Shown here in pieces: positions 50,095-62,512 of a stretch of 63,648 nucleotides of DNA (the first letter of the stretch is position 1; the number at the start of each line of letters is the position of its first letter). Below the pieces are notes generated by a model, which was not told the origin of the DNA, ran no database searches, and saw only the letters and a program-made list of their open reading frames with translations. The position numbers were made by a program, and so were the translations under genes. The stretch spans positions 1,674,353 to 1,738,000 of the forward strand of contig NW_026867509.1 of assembly GCF_020745735.1 (NCBI RefSeq), read 5' to 3'. The DNA is from Hemiscyllium ocellatum (taxonomy: Eukaryota).

Positions 50095-51540
50095 TTAATA
50101 ATTCTTTATTCACATGTGAGACTTGGCGTCACTGGCTGGCCAGTATTGATAGATCGTCCCTATTTGACCTTGAAAAGGTGGTGATGAGCTACCTTCTGAA
50201 ATCGCTGCAGTACACTTGCAGTAGGATAACCTACAATGCTGGTAGGGAGGAAATTCCAAGAGTTTGACCTAACGACTGTGAAGGACCAAGTCCGAGTGAT
50301 AAGTGGCTTGGAGGGGAACTTGCAGTTGATGTTGTTCCCAAGTACCTGCTGCCCTTGTCCATCTACATGGACATGCTTGTGGGTTTTCTAGTTGCTTTCT
50401 TAGAATGCAGGGTGTAGTTCTGCAGTGCATCTTGTAAATGGTACATACTGCTGCAACTGCGCATCAGTGGTGGAGGGATTCAATATTTGTATATGTAGTA
50501 CCAATCAAGTGGGTTGCTTTATCCTGGATGGTGTCAAGCTTGTTGAGTGTTGATACAGCCGCACGCATCCAGGCAAGAGTGGATTTTTCCATCATACTCG
50601 TGACTTGTGCCTTTTAGTTATTGTATCGACCTTGAGGTGTCAGAAGGTGAGTTACTTGTCGCAGTATCCCTAGTTTCTGACCTGCTGTTGCGGCCATTGT
50701 GTTCATGCGGTGAGTCCAATTGAATTTCTGGACAATGGCAACCAAGGATGTTGCCAGTGGGGAGTTCTGTGATGGTAGTACCGTTGAACGTCAAGGGGCG
50801 TGTTTAGAGTGTCTCTAATAGTTGATGATCATTGTCTGCCACTTGTGTGGCGCGAATGTTACTTGCTATTTGTCGATCCAAGCATAGATATTGTGTAGAT
50901 TGTGTTGCATTTGAGCCCGGACTGCTTCAGTGCCTGAAGAGTTGCGAATGATGCTGAACACCATGCGATCATCAGCGACCATTCCCACTTCTGAACTTAT
51001 CACAGATCGTCGATCTGTCGATGAACCAGCTAAAGATTGTTAGGTCTAGGACATTCCCCTGAGGGTCTGCTGCAGAGATGTCCTGGAACTGAGATTTCTG
51101 ACCCTCCACAACCACAACTATCTTCCTTTCTGCCAGGTGTGTCTGTAACCAGTGGCGTCTTTGCCCGCTGATATCAAATGATTCCAGTTTTGTTAGGGCT
51201 CCTTGATGCTCGACTCTGTAAAACGCGGCCTTGATGTCACGGGCTGTCACTTTCCCCTCATGACTGGAATTTAGCTCTTTCATCCATGTTTGAACCAAGG
51301 CTGTAATGAAATCTGGAGCTGAGTGACCCTGGTGAAAGCCAAATTGTTTGACACTGAGAACGCGGTTGCTGAGAAAGTGCTGTTAGATCGCATTGGTGAT
51401 GACCTCTTCCATCACTTTACTGATGATGGAGAGGCGACTGTTTGGATGGTAATTGGCCAGGTTGGATTTATCCTTCTTTGTTGTGTACAGGACATACCTG
51501 TGCAATTTTCGACATTGTCGTGTAGCTGCTGATCAGACAC
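50095..51540 (-). mobile_element. Second LINE family (L2/CR1-like) RT and 3' end, decayed
   Basis: Minus ORF 50972-51298 has VTARDIKAAFYRVEHQGALTKLES..PQGNVL..; 3' end near 50100. Confidence 0.8.
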
Positions 51541-52461
51541 TCCCATGACTGCTCATGACATTCATCAACAGACTACACATCTTCTGTAACGAAAGAGTTA
51601 TTCTGACTGTGCAGAATCTAGTAACACCTGCAGGGTGCCAAGTTCTATGTACATCCCCTATTCTGCAGAAGCAGATTACACTTGATTCGATCACGCAGAG
51701 TCAAGAATATTTCTTTTATGACTCACTTTCGAACTAGCAACCTGTCCTTTTTTCTCAGATGTCAGCAGTGGGAGATGAGGAACTCATTAGTCTTTACACG
51801 ACTTATATATCCAGATCAGGCATTTCCACAGAGGATGGAAAATGCTCATTTACGCCCTGCCACCAGAAGAAATGTCATGTGACTGAGGCTTTCATCGCTG
51901 GCTCTGACTCATTAATTAATCGATACAAAATGTCTTTCACTGTTTACCGCTGTTCAGATGTGAGCTCGATCCCGATTTCTTAATGGTATTTTAACGAAGA
52001 CTGCATTGTCCTGAACCACTCAAATCTATGATTCACCGTTCAGGGGCTCCAAATATGGAGGTACAAGGGCAGCAGTCAATAACCCGCAACGCGTTTGACA
52101 TTGTTCAAGTTACCAGAGTGATTGATTATTACAATCACGTGGCAAGTTATTGCCTCTCAAACGGAATGCTGCAATCCCCTTTTTCGGTGGAGAATTTTGT
52201 TTAACCTAAACTGGTTCATGTATTTTCTACACCACATCATCACTGAAACAGTGAAACACCATGGGACATTTCAAAAGACATAAAATAAATTATTTCGTTC
52301 TCATTCATTGAACTGACAGCACTAGTTCGTTTCAATAAACGGTTAAGGTTTTATGTTAAATGCGATGCATGAGATATCACCGTGAATTCGCCAGCCTCTT
52401 CAGATCCGTTTCTGATCTCACTGCTCCCTTTACGAATCGTCAGGTTTAGTTGCTCTCTGAG

Positions 52462-52500
52462 AGTTTTTGTAAGGACACAACCCAGTTCTGAATCTCTGTG
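52462..52500 (-). other. 23-RSS of the intact inverted V
   Basis: CACAGAG (52500-494) + 23 nt + ACAAAAACT (52470-62). Confidence 0.92.
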
Positions 52501-53387
52501 GGGCTCAGTGCGCAGAAATACATCGCGAAGTCTGTCAGTTCTGCTGTCAACACTTTCAGCTGGATAGTGCGTTTCACATGATCAAACTCCGAGGAAAACC
52601 GGTCTTCTGGATGATTCTCTGTGTTCGTGATATATTGGTTTCTGTTTAGCAGATACTCCATGGAGCCGTTGGAATGCTGACGGTACCAGAACAGATAAAG
52701 ATTGCTACTTGATGTAGCTGTGTAATTACAGAATAACAGGACATCATCCGCCTCGTTCACTGTGACTGCGGCCGGTGATTGTGACACAGAATCTGCACGA
52801 CAAACTCCTGCCATAAAAGAGGAGTGAGAATAAATTTAAAAAGTTACTTCGTTACACTTATAGCATAGAATTAGCCCATTCAACTTGAACAATAAACAGA
52901 GGAATAAGAGAAAGTGAAGATGAACAAGAATCCAATTCGTACAACTAAGCCATTGCGACAGGCAAGGGCTTCAAGAGATGTAATAAAACATCATTGAAGG
53001 CATGGGTCACACCTTTTAAAGAGGTGAATTCCCATTTTCACTCCCGACATAAAAGGTAAAACTAAAATAAGTCGGTGAGTTTAAGAGTCCGGCCTTTGTC
53101 TAGTCACCTCAACCTCAGTCCGGTCTGAAGTCCCAGCTTAACTCTTCCGTGTTAGTTCACGCAGACGCGTTCGCTAATTTCTCCTAAACTGTGCTCAGTG
53201 TTGGTACAAGTTTAGATCCAGATTTTTTCAATATTGGGACAATGTGTTGCTACTTCTGTGATGCTAGAATTTTTAGAGTATTTCTAATTCCCAACAAAGC
53301 GTTGAAGCATAAAGTTCCACAAGTTGTGCACCTACCAGTTAGAAGAGCTGCAGCTGTGAGAAGTAAACGCAGAGCTTTGGGCGACAT
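52501..53387 (-). CDS. Intact TCR alpha/delta V gene in inverted orientation: leader 53387-53336, intron 528 bp, V exon 52807-52501
   Basis: Leader MSPKALRLLLTAAALLT G|GTAGGT; acceptor TTTTATGGCAG; GVCRADSVSQSP..LLFCNY..LFWYRQ..EYLL..RFSSEFD..TDFAMYFCALSP; canonical Cys, Trp and Cys present; no stops. Confidence 0.92.
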
Positions 53388-55399
53388 TTTTTCAGAGATC
53401 ACTATGAAAATGAGCAAAACTGGTCGAAGCTAAAATTGTTTTCGTCAACAGTTGGGACATGATTGAGTGATTTCCGGATTGTTGCTCATTGGTTCATTGT
53501 TGGCAAAGATACCAGATGACAGCCAATGGACTTCAAGTTCGTTTATACTTGAACCAAACACTTTCAATATCCTACGAACCCCACTTCATATCATGACAGT
53601 TGTAAGAAAGGAACAAAATTCTGAAAATGGGTCAGTGGACTTGAAAACTTTGACTTTTTTTTTCCTTCACAGATATTGTCAAACCTGCTGAGTTTCTCCG
53701 GATATTTTCGTTTCTGTCTCGCATTTCTAGCAAGTGCAATTGTCTGCTTTTGGTTTAAATGACAAAGTGAATTTGAACAAGTGACAAAATGATAATGTTT
53801 AAACGATATGTTGTTCTTTAAATTTTATTAATTCTCTCGGCAAAACCAGTGATGGAAAGTTCTTCATGTTGTTCGAGTATCAGAACTGGAGTTTCCCAGT
53901 TAACAGAGTACCTCGCTGACTGCGAGAGTTTTTTCTGGAACTGATGCAAAGGGCCTGTGTGTCTAAGAAAATGGTCAGAAAAACAAATAAAGAAATAAAT
54001 GAACGAACAAGTAAAATTTCAATAAATGTGAAAGTAGAAACGAGTTTTTCTTCGACTGCAAATGCTGGCAAATGCCATTACGAGGCATAGGGACTCACTG
54101 GGTCGCAAGGCTGCTTCCCTGCGCTGGAGATGCATGTTAGATTTCACCCTCCTGCGACCATCTGCGTCGAGCTTGCACATTCTTACGAAGCATTGGGTGT
54201 TCTGATATTCGCCCACAGTTCAGTGATGTGCAGGCTAGGATGAATGACCGTGGGAAACCTGTGTTTACAGAAATAGGATGGATGTTTTCCGGAATGTAGA
54301 TTGCAATCTACATTCAATTAGACTGAATGGCCTGCTTTTAGATTCGCGGGATTCAACGGTATAAAAAATTGTTTTGCTTTACCTTAACCTTGCATCATTG
54401 CAAATGTACATCATGCATTTATATCAGATGCAGTGTGCCAAAATGACTGCCCACCAACAAATTGTTATGCAATATTAGAGATGAATGTCGCCTTTGCGAG
54501 CAGCGCCCATGCAAGGGCAATGGATATTTCAAGGAAAAAATTGCACTGTTGTAAAATCTCCCTCTCTTTAATGGGAATGGTGAGAAAGCAGCGATACATG
54601 TCAACACACCATCCAACCAATGACTGAAGTGAATGTACTACTGACAAGTTTACAGATGATGCAAAATTGAATGAAAAGTCAAGTGGTGAGCGTGACTCCA
54701 AGTGCCTGCAAGCGGACAATGAGAGAGACTACATCAGTGAGTGTGGTTATAACGCCTTCTGGCGGGTTCTCTCGGAAATTTGCACTGCCAGGAAATGAAC
54801 AATTTTTGGATGGGGAAATACCAAATGATAAATTTTCAGGGAAGCATTCTTGAGATGGTTAGATTAAATAACTATTGAACTTCAAAGAAAGGCGACTATA
54901 CGACCTTTATGTTTCATTCAGTTGTAATTTAATCTGATCTTTCCTCACCATTCTCTCATGAAAAAGTATTCATACTGCATTTCCCTGCTTTATCTTTTCT
55001 CCTTCAATGTTTCTGGCTAGAAATTATTATGGTGGATCTCCTCCGTCCACCTATCCAATTGTCTTCACGTCTGACCATCTTTAACTTTTGTAAGTCGATA
55101 TTTTCTGTTGTAATTTCCTCTCATTTCCCTTCGCTCGGATTTTTGGACCCCACAATAACACAGATATTTCAAATCAGCACAGTGGAATACTCAAGACGTC
55201 TATGTAATCTTATATAAGCTTCTTCAGTATCAATCATCCCCTCTGGTGACATCCACAAACTTATTAACCATATCTTTTATATTCTCAACTAAATCATTTA
55301 CATAAAGGACAAACCTAAAGGGATGCAGCAGCAGAAGATTGTGAGTGTTATGAAGCGGAACCTGAACAGAAGCACTATTTCAATGCATCTTCTTCACTT

Positions 55400-55960
55400 G
55401 TCCGTCTTGGTAGCAGATATCGTTCATGTTCGATATATTACTGGTGGACGGTTGTTGAGTAACCACTGTGGATCTTGCGAATGGTGCATACTGCTATCCA
55501 TAGAATGTCACGACGAAAGTTGCAGGAGGAAGATGGGATGCCTGTGAATGAGAATGCTTTGCAATTGATGTCGTTGAGCATCTTAAATGATTTTGAAAGC
55601 CTCGCACTTATCATTGCAGATGCAATGTTTATATCGTTATACAAGTTCAGTTTCAGATCTATGGTAATGCATGAGGTTGTTGACTGTCGGAGATTGAACT
55701 ATGGTAATGACATTAAACCTCTAGATGCAACGTTTAGAATATTTGCTGTTGCAAATGGTCACTGCATGGAACTTGGCTGTTGCGAATGTTACCTTGACTT
55801 ATCAGTAGAAACTTGGGTATTGTCCTGATCTTCCATGTCATCATGAAGCTGAACTGCTTCAATATCTGGGGAGTGGCAAGTGATTCCGAGCCGTGTGAAA
55901 TCATCATCAAATATACCAACTTCTGACATTATGATGGAGGGAAGGCAATTGATTAAGCAG
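55400..55960 (-). mobile_element. Fragment of the same L2/CR1-like LINE family
   Basis: Minus ORF 55789 has TIFTCLINCLPSIIMSEVGIFDDD. Confidence 0.65.
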
Positions 55961-56479
55961 GTGAAGATTGTTGGATGACACAATTTGGCTCTTTCTCTTC
56001 TTATTTTTCACTGCAGAAGCTGGAGTCGTGCACGCTGCACTGTGTCTGATTGCATTATGTCTGAGTGGAATGTTCCACAGAATACTGAATATTATGAAAT
56101 ACTGTCGAAAGTTTAAAGGAAGGATACAGAGTGGAAAGTTTTTTTTATCAAAGAGATCGATTATGAGAAGCATCCTTATTTCGGCAGAGTGGAAAGAGTC
56201 GTCGAGGGAGGGACTTCCAGAGATTAGATCCTCGACAGCTGTAGATTGAAGTGACAGCTATGACCTGCTTCAGGGATGCACAGGAGGACAGAATTGGAGG
56301 TACGTTGTGATAGTAGATGGTTTTAAAATTTCAAATTGATGCAACTTGAAACATTGTTCTACTTACAAATATGAAAGTGAAATCTATCAAAGTGAGGCAT
56401 TGCCAGGCGGGAAGCCAATGTTGGATAATGTGCCTGGGACAAGGGATGAACTGGATACTGCACACTTACCTGGAACACA

Positions 56480-56766
56480 AATTCGAATCCACCCTTGTCT
56501 GTGTGGAGTTTACACATTTTCCCTGCGTCTGCATAGGTATTTGCTGCGTGGTCAGAATTCCTCCCACAGTCCAAAAATATACAGGTTAGATGGGTTGATC
56601 ATGCTACATGTTAAGCAGGGGATATGCAGATTAGGTGAGTTAACTGTGATAAATACGGGCCTACCAGGACATGGTGGGTGTGGATCGGATGTTCTTTGGA
56701 GGTTCGTTAAATACCCAATGCGACTATCAACCTCTTCCCACACAGTAGGGAATCTATACTTCTATC
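56480..56766 (+). mobile_element. HE1-like SINE, decayed
   Basis: ATTCGAATCC B-box-like, GTCTGTGTGGAGTTTACAC..CTCCCACAGTCCAAA body, CCCACACAGTAGGGAATCTA tail. Confidence 0.75.
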
Positions 56767-56981
56767 GTGTTTGGAAGGACAAGCAGATATGAGCAGAGAG
56801 CAGAAATTGCATTTACACATGACTTATCCAAGAGTTACTCTATATATTTTAAAAGAGACATTGCCAGAAAGTGACTAAGGATGTTTTAAAATGATATCAA
56901 TAACAGTCTGGATGAGACAAAAGCAGTCATTTGAAATTAGAGCAGTATCATCTCGCTCTTTTGACCTCTTCCATCCAACTT

Positions 56982-57770
56982 GATGGCAATCATAATGCTA
57001 TCCCGAGGTCAGTGTAGACACTCGCGATGAATTACCTGCGATCTAATATCGATAGTTATCGCTGATTTCCTTGTTATTATCACTGGATGCATTCTGAATA
57101 GGATCTGTTGCATTTACTATAGATACACTATCATGTCTAATACACTAGTGAGTGTGTGTTTAGCGCAGTGGTGGTTTACATCAGAGGAAATGTATCAGTC
57201 TGGCTGGCAGTAACCTTCAAGATTCGTTGTTTTGTGGTCATCCCCTGCCAGAGCCTGAGCAGCAAAAACTGCACCGAGAAAACTGCGTTGCGCCTCATGG
57301 GAGGGATCTGCTCCTTGTTCTGCATCAAGAACACCCCATTTTACATCCCTTGCTTATGCTGGAAGTGATGCCTTCTCTATATGTCATCAAGACAATCTTC
57401 TACACATCGCTTACTTGGCAGATCTACCGATACCATGACCGTATATATCTTAACTCCCCTTCATTATCGTTCTACGGTTCAACGCCCTTACCGTTAGCGT
57501 CATCATAGAGGCCAACAGGGCAGACAAAAGATTCAGAAGCTCTCAGCATAGTGAAGACCACGAGATGATCAAGCACAATTGTTCCATTGTTCTTCTGTTC
57601 CCAATGTCTCACAGCTTTGTATTCCTGTGGAGCTCTTACGTTAGACGATTCCCCTACATTTAGGTTCGAAGACAGGACTGCCTTGGTAGTCTGGATTTGG
57701 GATGACTGCCGGCATATTATGTTCTTTTCGAACAAAATAGAACGTGTCTTCAACTACAGATCTGCAAATA
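56982..57770 (+). pseudogene. GPR139-like GPCR pseudogene, strongly decayed
   Basis: MAIIMLSRGQC..ADFLVIITGCILNRIC; ORF 57156 has GNVSVWLAVTF..CQSLSSKNCTEKTA..FCIKN. Confidence 0.8.
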
Positions 57771-57779
57771 TAAATTCAC

Positions 57780-58575
57780 ACTATATAAATACAAGCGTGT
57801 GTTCGTGCATGTGTATGAGATCTATCTCATACACATGGGGGGGGGGAGAGAAGGAGAGAGTGTGCGATTGCCTGTGAGAGTGTCGGCGTGCATGCTTGAT
57901 AGTGTGTGGGCGAGTTTGATGGAGTGTTTCCCTGTGAGATGATGCACGTTTAAATGTGCATGTGTAGATGCATGTGCTTGTGTGTGTCTGAGAGACAGCA
58001 TGTACCTGAGAGAGAACATGTTCGTAAGAGAGGGTCTGTGTGATTGTGCGAGTGTGCGTATAAGGGCGTACAGTGTAGTGGCGTCCCTTGGAGTACGACA
58101 TGAACCCAACATCCCGGTTCAGATCGTTCTCATTGATACTGAATTCGGTGATCAGCCTCTGCTGGACTATTCTGTGTTGTTACACATCCACAGTCGGTTT
58201 GGAGGATGGTCACCCGAAGATCCAAAGCAGAATATACTTCACGGGTGAAGTATTCTGCGACTGAGAGGGAGCATCCCTGTTTGGCGATTGCTGCACATTT
58301 ATTTATTGGTTCATTTATTGGTTGTCTTAGCATCCACATGGTCTCGCCATTATACTATCATGAGGGCAACCTAGCCTGCAACATATGAGAGCGACGATGT
58401 TGGCCGAATCACATGAGTAACTGCCGCGTATTTGATGGGTGGTGGCCAACGTTTAATTGTACTATCCAAGTCGACGCTCTGACACGTCTTGCAATGGTGT
58501 GCTTTGCTGTTGTGTTCAATGTCATCCTGGAGGCTGGGCATTTTGTTGCGATCAATGGTTTGCTTATACAAATCT
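57780..58575 (-). mobile_element. Penelope-like GIY-YIG endonuclease 3' end with CA-rich tail (inverted arm)
   Basis: Minus strand reads HHCKTCQSVDLDSTIKR..HQIRGSYSCDSANIVALICCRLGCP..DLRVTILQ..NRDVGFMSY. Confidence 0.8.
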
Positions 58576-58579
58576 GTGA

Positions 58580-59219
58580 TGTCAACCACTGCAACATGTG
58601 TCAGAATGTCACAATGGATACTATCATCACAAGTGCGGACACCACCCACCTGCTGCGCGGCAGATATTCATGCGACTCAGCCAAAATTGTCTACCTCAAA
58701 TGTTGCAAGCTGGGATCCCTGTGGCATCATATATTGGTGAGACCACGCGGGCACTACGAGAATGCGTGAATGGAACCACAAAACCATTTCCAGATGGGGA
58801 GCTCCCTTCCAGGTGTGGAACACTTCGGGGTCAAGGAGGATCTGTCTCCGATCTTCAGGTGACCATGCCTCATGGAGGAGTTTGGGACACGGAAAAATGC
58901 AGAGTTGTTAAGAAGAAGCTGAGAGCCAATTTCGGTATTAATGAGGACATCCTCAAAAGGGATCGTGGTTCATGTCACACAACAGGGTACTCCCCTATAT
59001 TGTACACCCTAACACAGACACTCAAGCACAAGCAAATCAGCATATACATACATTCGGTCACAGGATCACACTCGAACAATCACACAGATCCTCCCTCACA
59101 CACACACTCTCTCAATTACACTCACACACACATTCACACTCAAACGCATGTGCGCATCTTCTCACAGGCATATACTCTGTCACCAACACGCACACACTGC
59201 ATCCAGAACGCGCACGCAT

Positions 59220-59252
<33 letters not shown>

Positions 59253-59810
59253 TTTTCTCCCTCTCCCACACACACATGTTTTCTGTCTCTCTCTCCCTCA
59301 CACCCGTGCACACGCACATGTAAGTCTGCGGATTGAAATTATATTTGCAGATTTGTCTTTGCAAGTTTATTCTATTTTGTTCAAAAATACATAATCTGTA
59401 GGCAATCAGTTCATGTGGTAATTGAAAGTTGCTACTTTGGAAATCAATGTAGTCGGACTTCAGGTTGGGATACACACAGTCACTAACCGCACACATTTAA
59501 TGTCTAAGCAGAGGTGTCACTTTTTTCTAATAAAACCTTAATTTATATTGGGACTGTGACGTGAAAGTAGTTCTGGGATATACATATCAATATTCGAAAC
59601 CTGTATCCTCATTGTTAGTGATTAAAGACTTAACAGCAATCTGATTTTGTTCAAGCCATCGCATCAGTCGTTTGACACCTTGATCTTTTGTTATAAATGC
59701 TGTGTTCTATGATCCTGCCACACTAGCTGACGAAGGAGCAGCTCACCAATGGCTAGTCCTTCTGGATAAACATGTTGGATTGCAACCTGCTGTTGTGCGA
59801 TTTTTTTGAC
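58580..59810 (+). mobile_element. Penelope-like GIY-YIG endonuclease 3' end, CA-rich tail and 3' UTR (forward arm)
   Basis: HCNMCQNVTMDTII..THLLRGRYSCDSAKIVYLKCCKLG..YIGETTRALRE..DLQVT..KRDRG; CA-rich region 59000-59320; terminal CTGACGAAGGAGCAGC at 59727. Confidence 0.8.
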
Positions 59811-61065
59811 ATTACGATATAATTATTCTGACTGGACTCGACTGAAAAGCCTACCTGCGGCTTACATGAATTAAGCTACCACTTAGTTTAATGATATTAA
59901 TGAGTTTCCAAAAACTATGATTCATACAATCATTTTTTGATTGTCACACTCTGCATCACTAATTGTTGAGGCATGCAACTATTAACAGTCGGCCTTTCTT
60001 AAAATAACTCATTCCTTCCTACTGTTTGATTTCTCCTCATTACTTCATCACAGCACCTGAACATCAATCTCGTAAGATCTCATCAGTCTGGCATGTTATC
60101 AAAACTTTCAAAAGTCCGAAAATGCATTGCACACACTGGTTGTCCCTTAGCAGTGCTAAAATTAGCATTCACAAAACGAATTCCAATGGGTTTGCCAAAC
60201 AGTCATTCCCTTTTATAACTTCATATTGAGTCATCTCAATCATATCATATTTCAAAATGTCTACTTATCGTTAACTTCATTATATGACGTGGCTTTTTTC
60301 TTATAACCAACATTCAACATGTCTTTGGTCCCTGTTTTCTTATCCCACTCTTCTTAAATAGTTGGGTTGTTCTCCCTACTTTCTAAACCTCAGGAACCAT
60401 TCCGGAATTTCTCGCATTTCCAAGGATAACCATCAGTGCAATCACTTTTTTCTCCCCACATCATTCAAGACTCTGGAATGGACTCCATTTGGTCGAGGGA
60501 TTTATCAATCTTTATTACAAGAAGTTTTCTGTTCTCATTTGCTAAAAGGTTTTCATGCGCTGGTATCAGATACCATTCTTCTCAAATGTCATCCATCATT
60601 GGTTAACCGAATTTCAAACTGTTGAGCTTTAAATATAGACAAATGTTAAGACAGAATAACAGTAGAATGCAAATCTTTAACTAATTTCACAACTAAAGAG
60701 ACGAAACAATTGGGAAAATCGCAGAGAAGGGCTGTGAGTTCCTTCAGATTGGGCAAAAGACATAAGCTCATGTTTTGAAATCGGGAATCCATTTGATAGA
60801 GCAATTAAAACTCTTGGAAGGGGGCTTTACATTTGCCGGTTGCTATTCTCAGTTTACGTGTATGCAATTGTGCAACATTCCAATGTTACATAGAAAGCAT
60901 GAAATAGTGAGTAATTAGGTTTGTTCGCCAGACTGAAACGAAGGTACATGTTGAAACTTAATTAACACTCTCGAGATCCAGAAGCATTATAAATTAGAGA
61001 CCTGTTGATTGTGTCACAGAGCTCATGTGAGAAGTTTTGTGATTTCCATTAGTTTATAACAAGTG

Positions 61066-62512
61066 ATGCATGGCCCAGCAAGTGGCCCTTTCTATGCCAT
61101 TTACTATCCAGCTCTTGCTGCTATTGGTGTCCCTGGTAAGTTACAGATTCCAAATATATGTTTGTTAGTTGCAAGAAAATCTTTTGTATTTAATGTCAGG
61201 AATGACATTTTTTTCTGATCTTCACTACTGAAGGAATTGAGCGCAGGTCCCTATACATGTGTCAAACATTGAGCTTTCCTCAATTGCAACCTCTGAAGTA
61301 CACAGCAACATTCTATCCAAAATGTAATATTGAACAATTATGGAGCAATTGATTATTACATCAGTGAGTTCGGAATTGTAATATGTAGCATAGCCTGAAT
61401 ATTAATCAGAACAATTGCACAAAATTAAATTCAGTTGTCATGCTGGAAATTACTGGTGTATGGAATAATACGCTATCGTTGCGTTCGATATTCTCATGCA
61501 CATATTACATGATAATCCCGAAGAAAATCATTGCAGGTAGGTCATTATTTTAAAGATTATAAGTATATCTAGTGATTAATCAGGTCAGTTCAATAATACT
61601 TCGCAATTTCCCCCAGCCAACCTGCTGGCGATCGTCATACTATTGCGACGACAGTGTGGACTCTCTGGGTGCACCACGTATTACTTGGTGGGGATAGCAG
61701 TGAGTGATTTTCTTGTGATCATCACTGGGTGCATCCTGAATCGGATCGGTGGCATTTATTTCCGACACAGCACACTGTCCACGACCACTGCCTGCGCAGT
61801 CAGCACCGTGATGATCTATACCAGCCGAGATGGCTCAGTCTGGCTGACCGTGGCATTCACCATCGACCGTTTCGTGGCCATATGCTGCCAGAATATGAAG
61901 ACCAGGTACTGCACTGAGAAAACTGCATCACTGTTCATTGGAGTAGTTTGTGTCCTGAGCTGTATCAAAAATCTGCCTTCCTACTTCGTCTACCAGCCCT
62001 TGTACATTGTGGACGGGAGGTCCTGGTTCTGTGACTTCAGAGACACGTACTATAACTCACCTGCATGAAAATCCTATGACTGGCTGAATCACATCTTGAC
62101 GCCTATTCTCCCGTTCCTTCTTATTCTACTGCTCAATGCCATGACTGTCAGGTACATCTTGGTAGCCAGCAGTGCCCGAAGGAGGCTTCGGGGGTTGGCG
62201 AGCCACGGAGACTCAGAAATGGCCAACCGCAAGAGATCCATCATACTGCTCTTCACTATCTCGCTCAGTTTCCTCCTTCTATGGGTCACCTATGTCGGGC
62301 GCTTCCTCTATGTGCGGGTTACAGGTGAGGCATATTTCAGCGGCTTAGATTTCACTGACCCACAGTTTATTCTCCAAGAAACGACGAACATGCTGCAAAT
62401 ATTAAGTTCCTGCAACAACGTCTTCATTTATGCAATATCCCAGAACAAATTCCGAGATGAACTGAAGAAAGTGATGTTGTCCCCCTTCACATCTCTCGCT
62501 GTGTGCAAATAA
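61066..62512 (+). pseudogene. GPR139/GPR142-like 7TM receptor with two exons (61066-61135, 61617-62512), intact except for one in-frame TGA
   Basis: Exon 1 MHGPASGPFYAIYYPALAAIGVP G|GTAAG; acceptor CCCCAG; ANLLAIVILLR..CGLS..FTIDRFVAICC..TPILPFLL..SSCNNVFIYAISQNKFR; ORFs 61643-62068 and 62096-62512 are in the same frame, separated only by TGA 62066-68; ~321 codons. Confidence 0.92.

Noticed and set aside
52848-52953. Nearby candidate leader for the 52.5-kb V
   Set aside because: All frames have stops or lack an ATG; the convincing leader is at 53387-53336
58598-59323. 241-aa ORF, the longest in the track
   Set aside because: Out-of-register Penelope endonuclease remnant running into CA repeats
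41912-62068. Recurrent Trp TGG-to-TGA stops suggesting deaminase activity in the germline
   Set aside because: Only two or three cases; TGG to TGA is the commonest single-transition route to a stop
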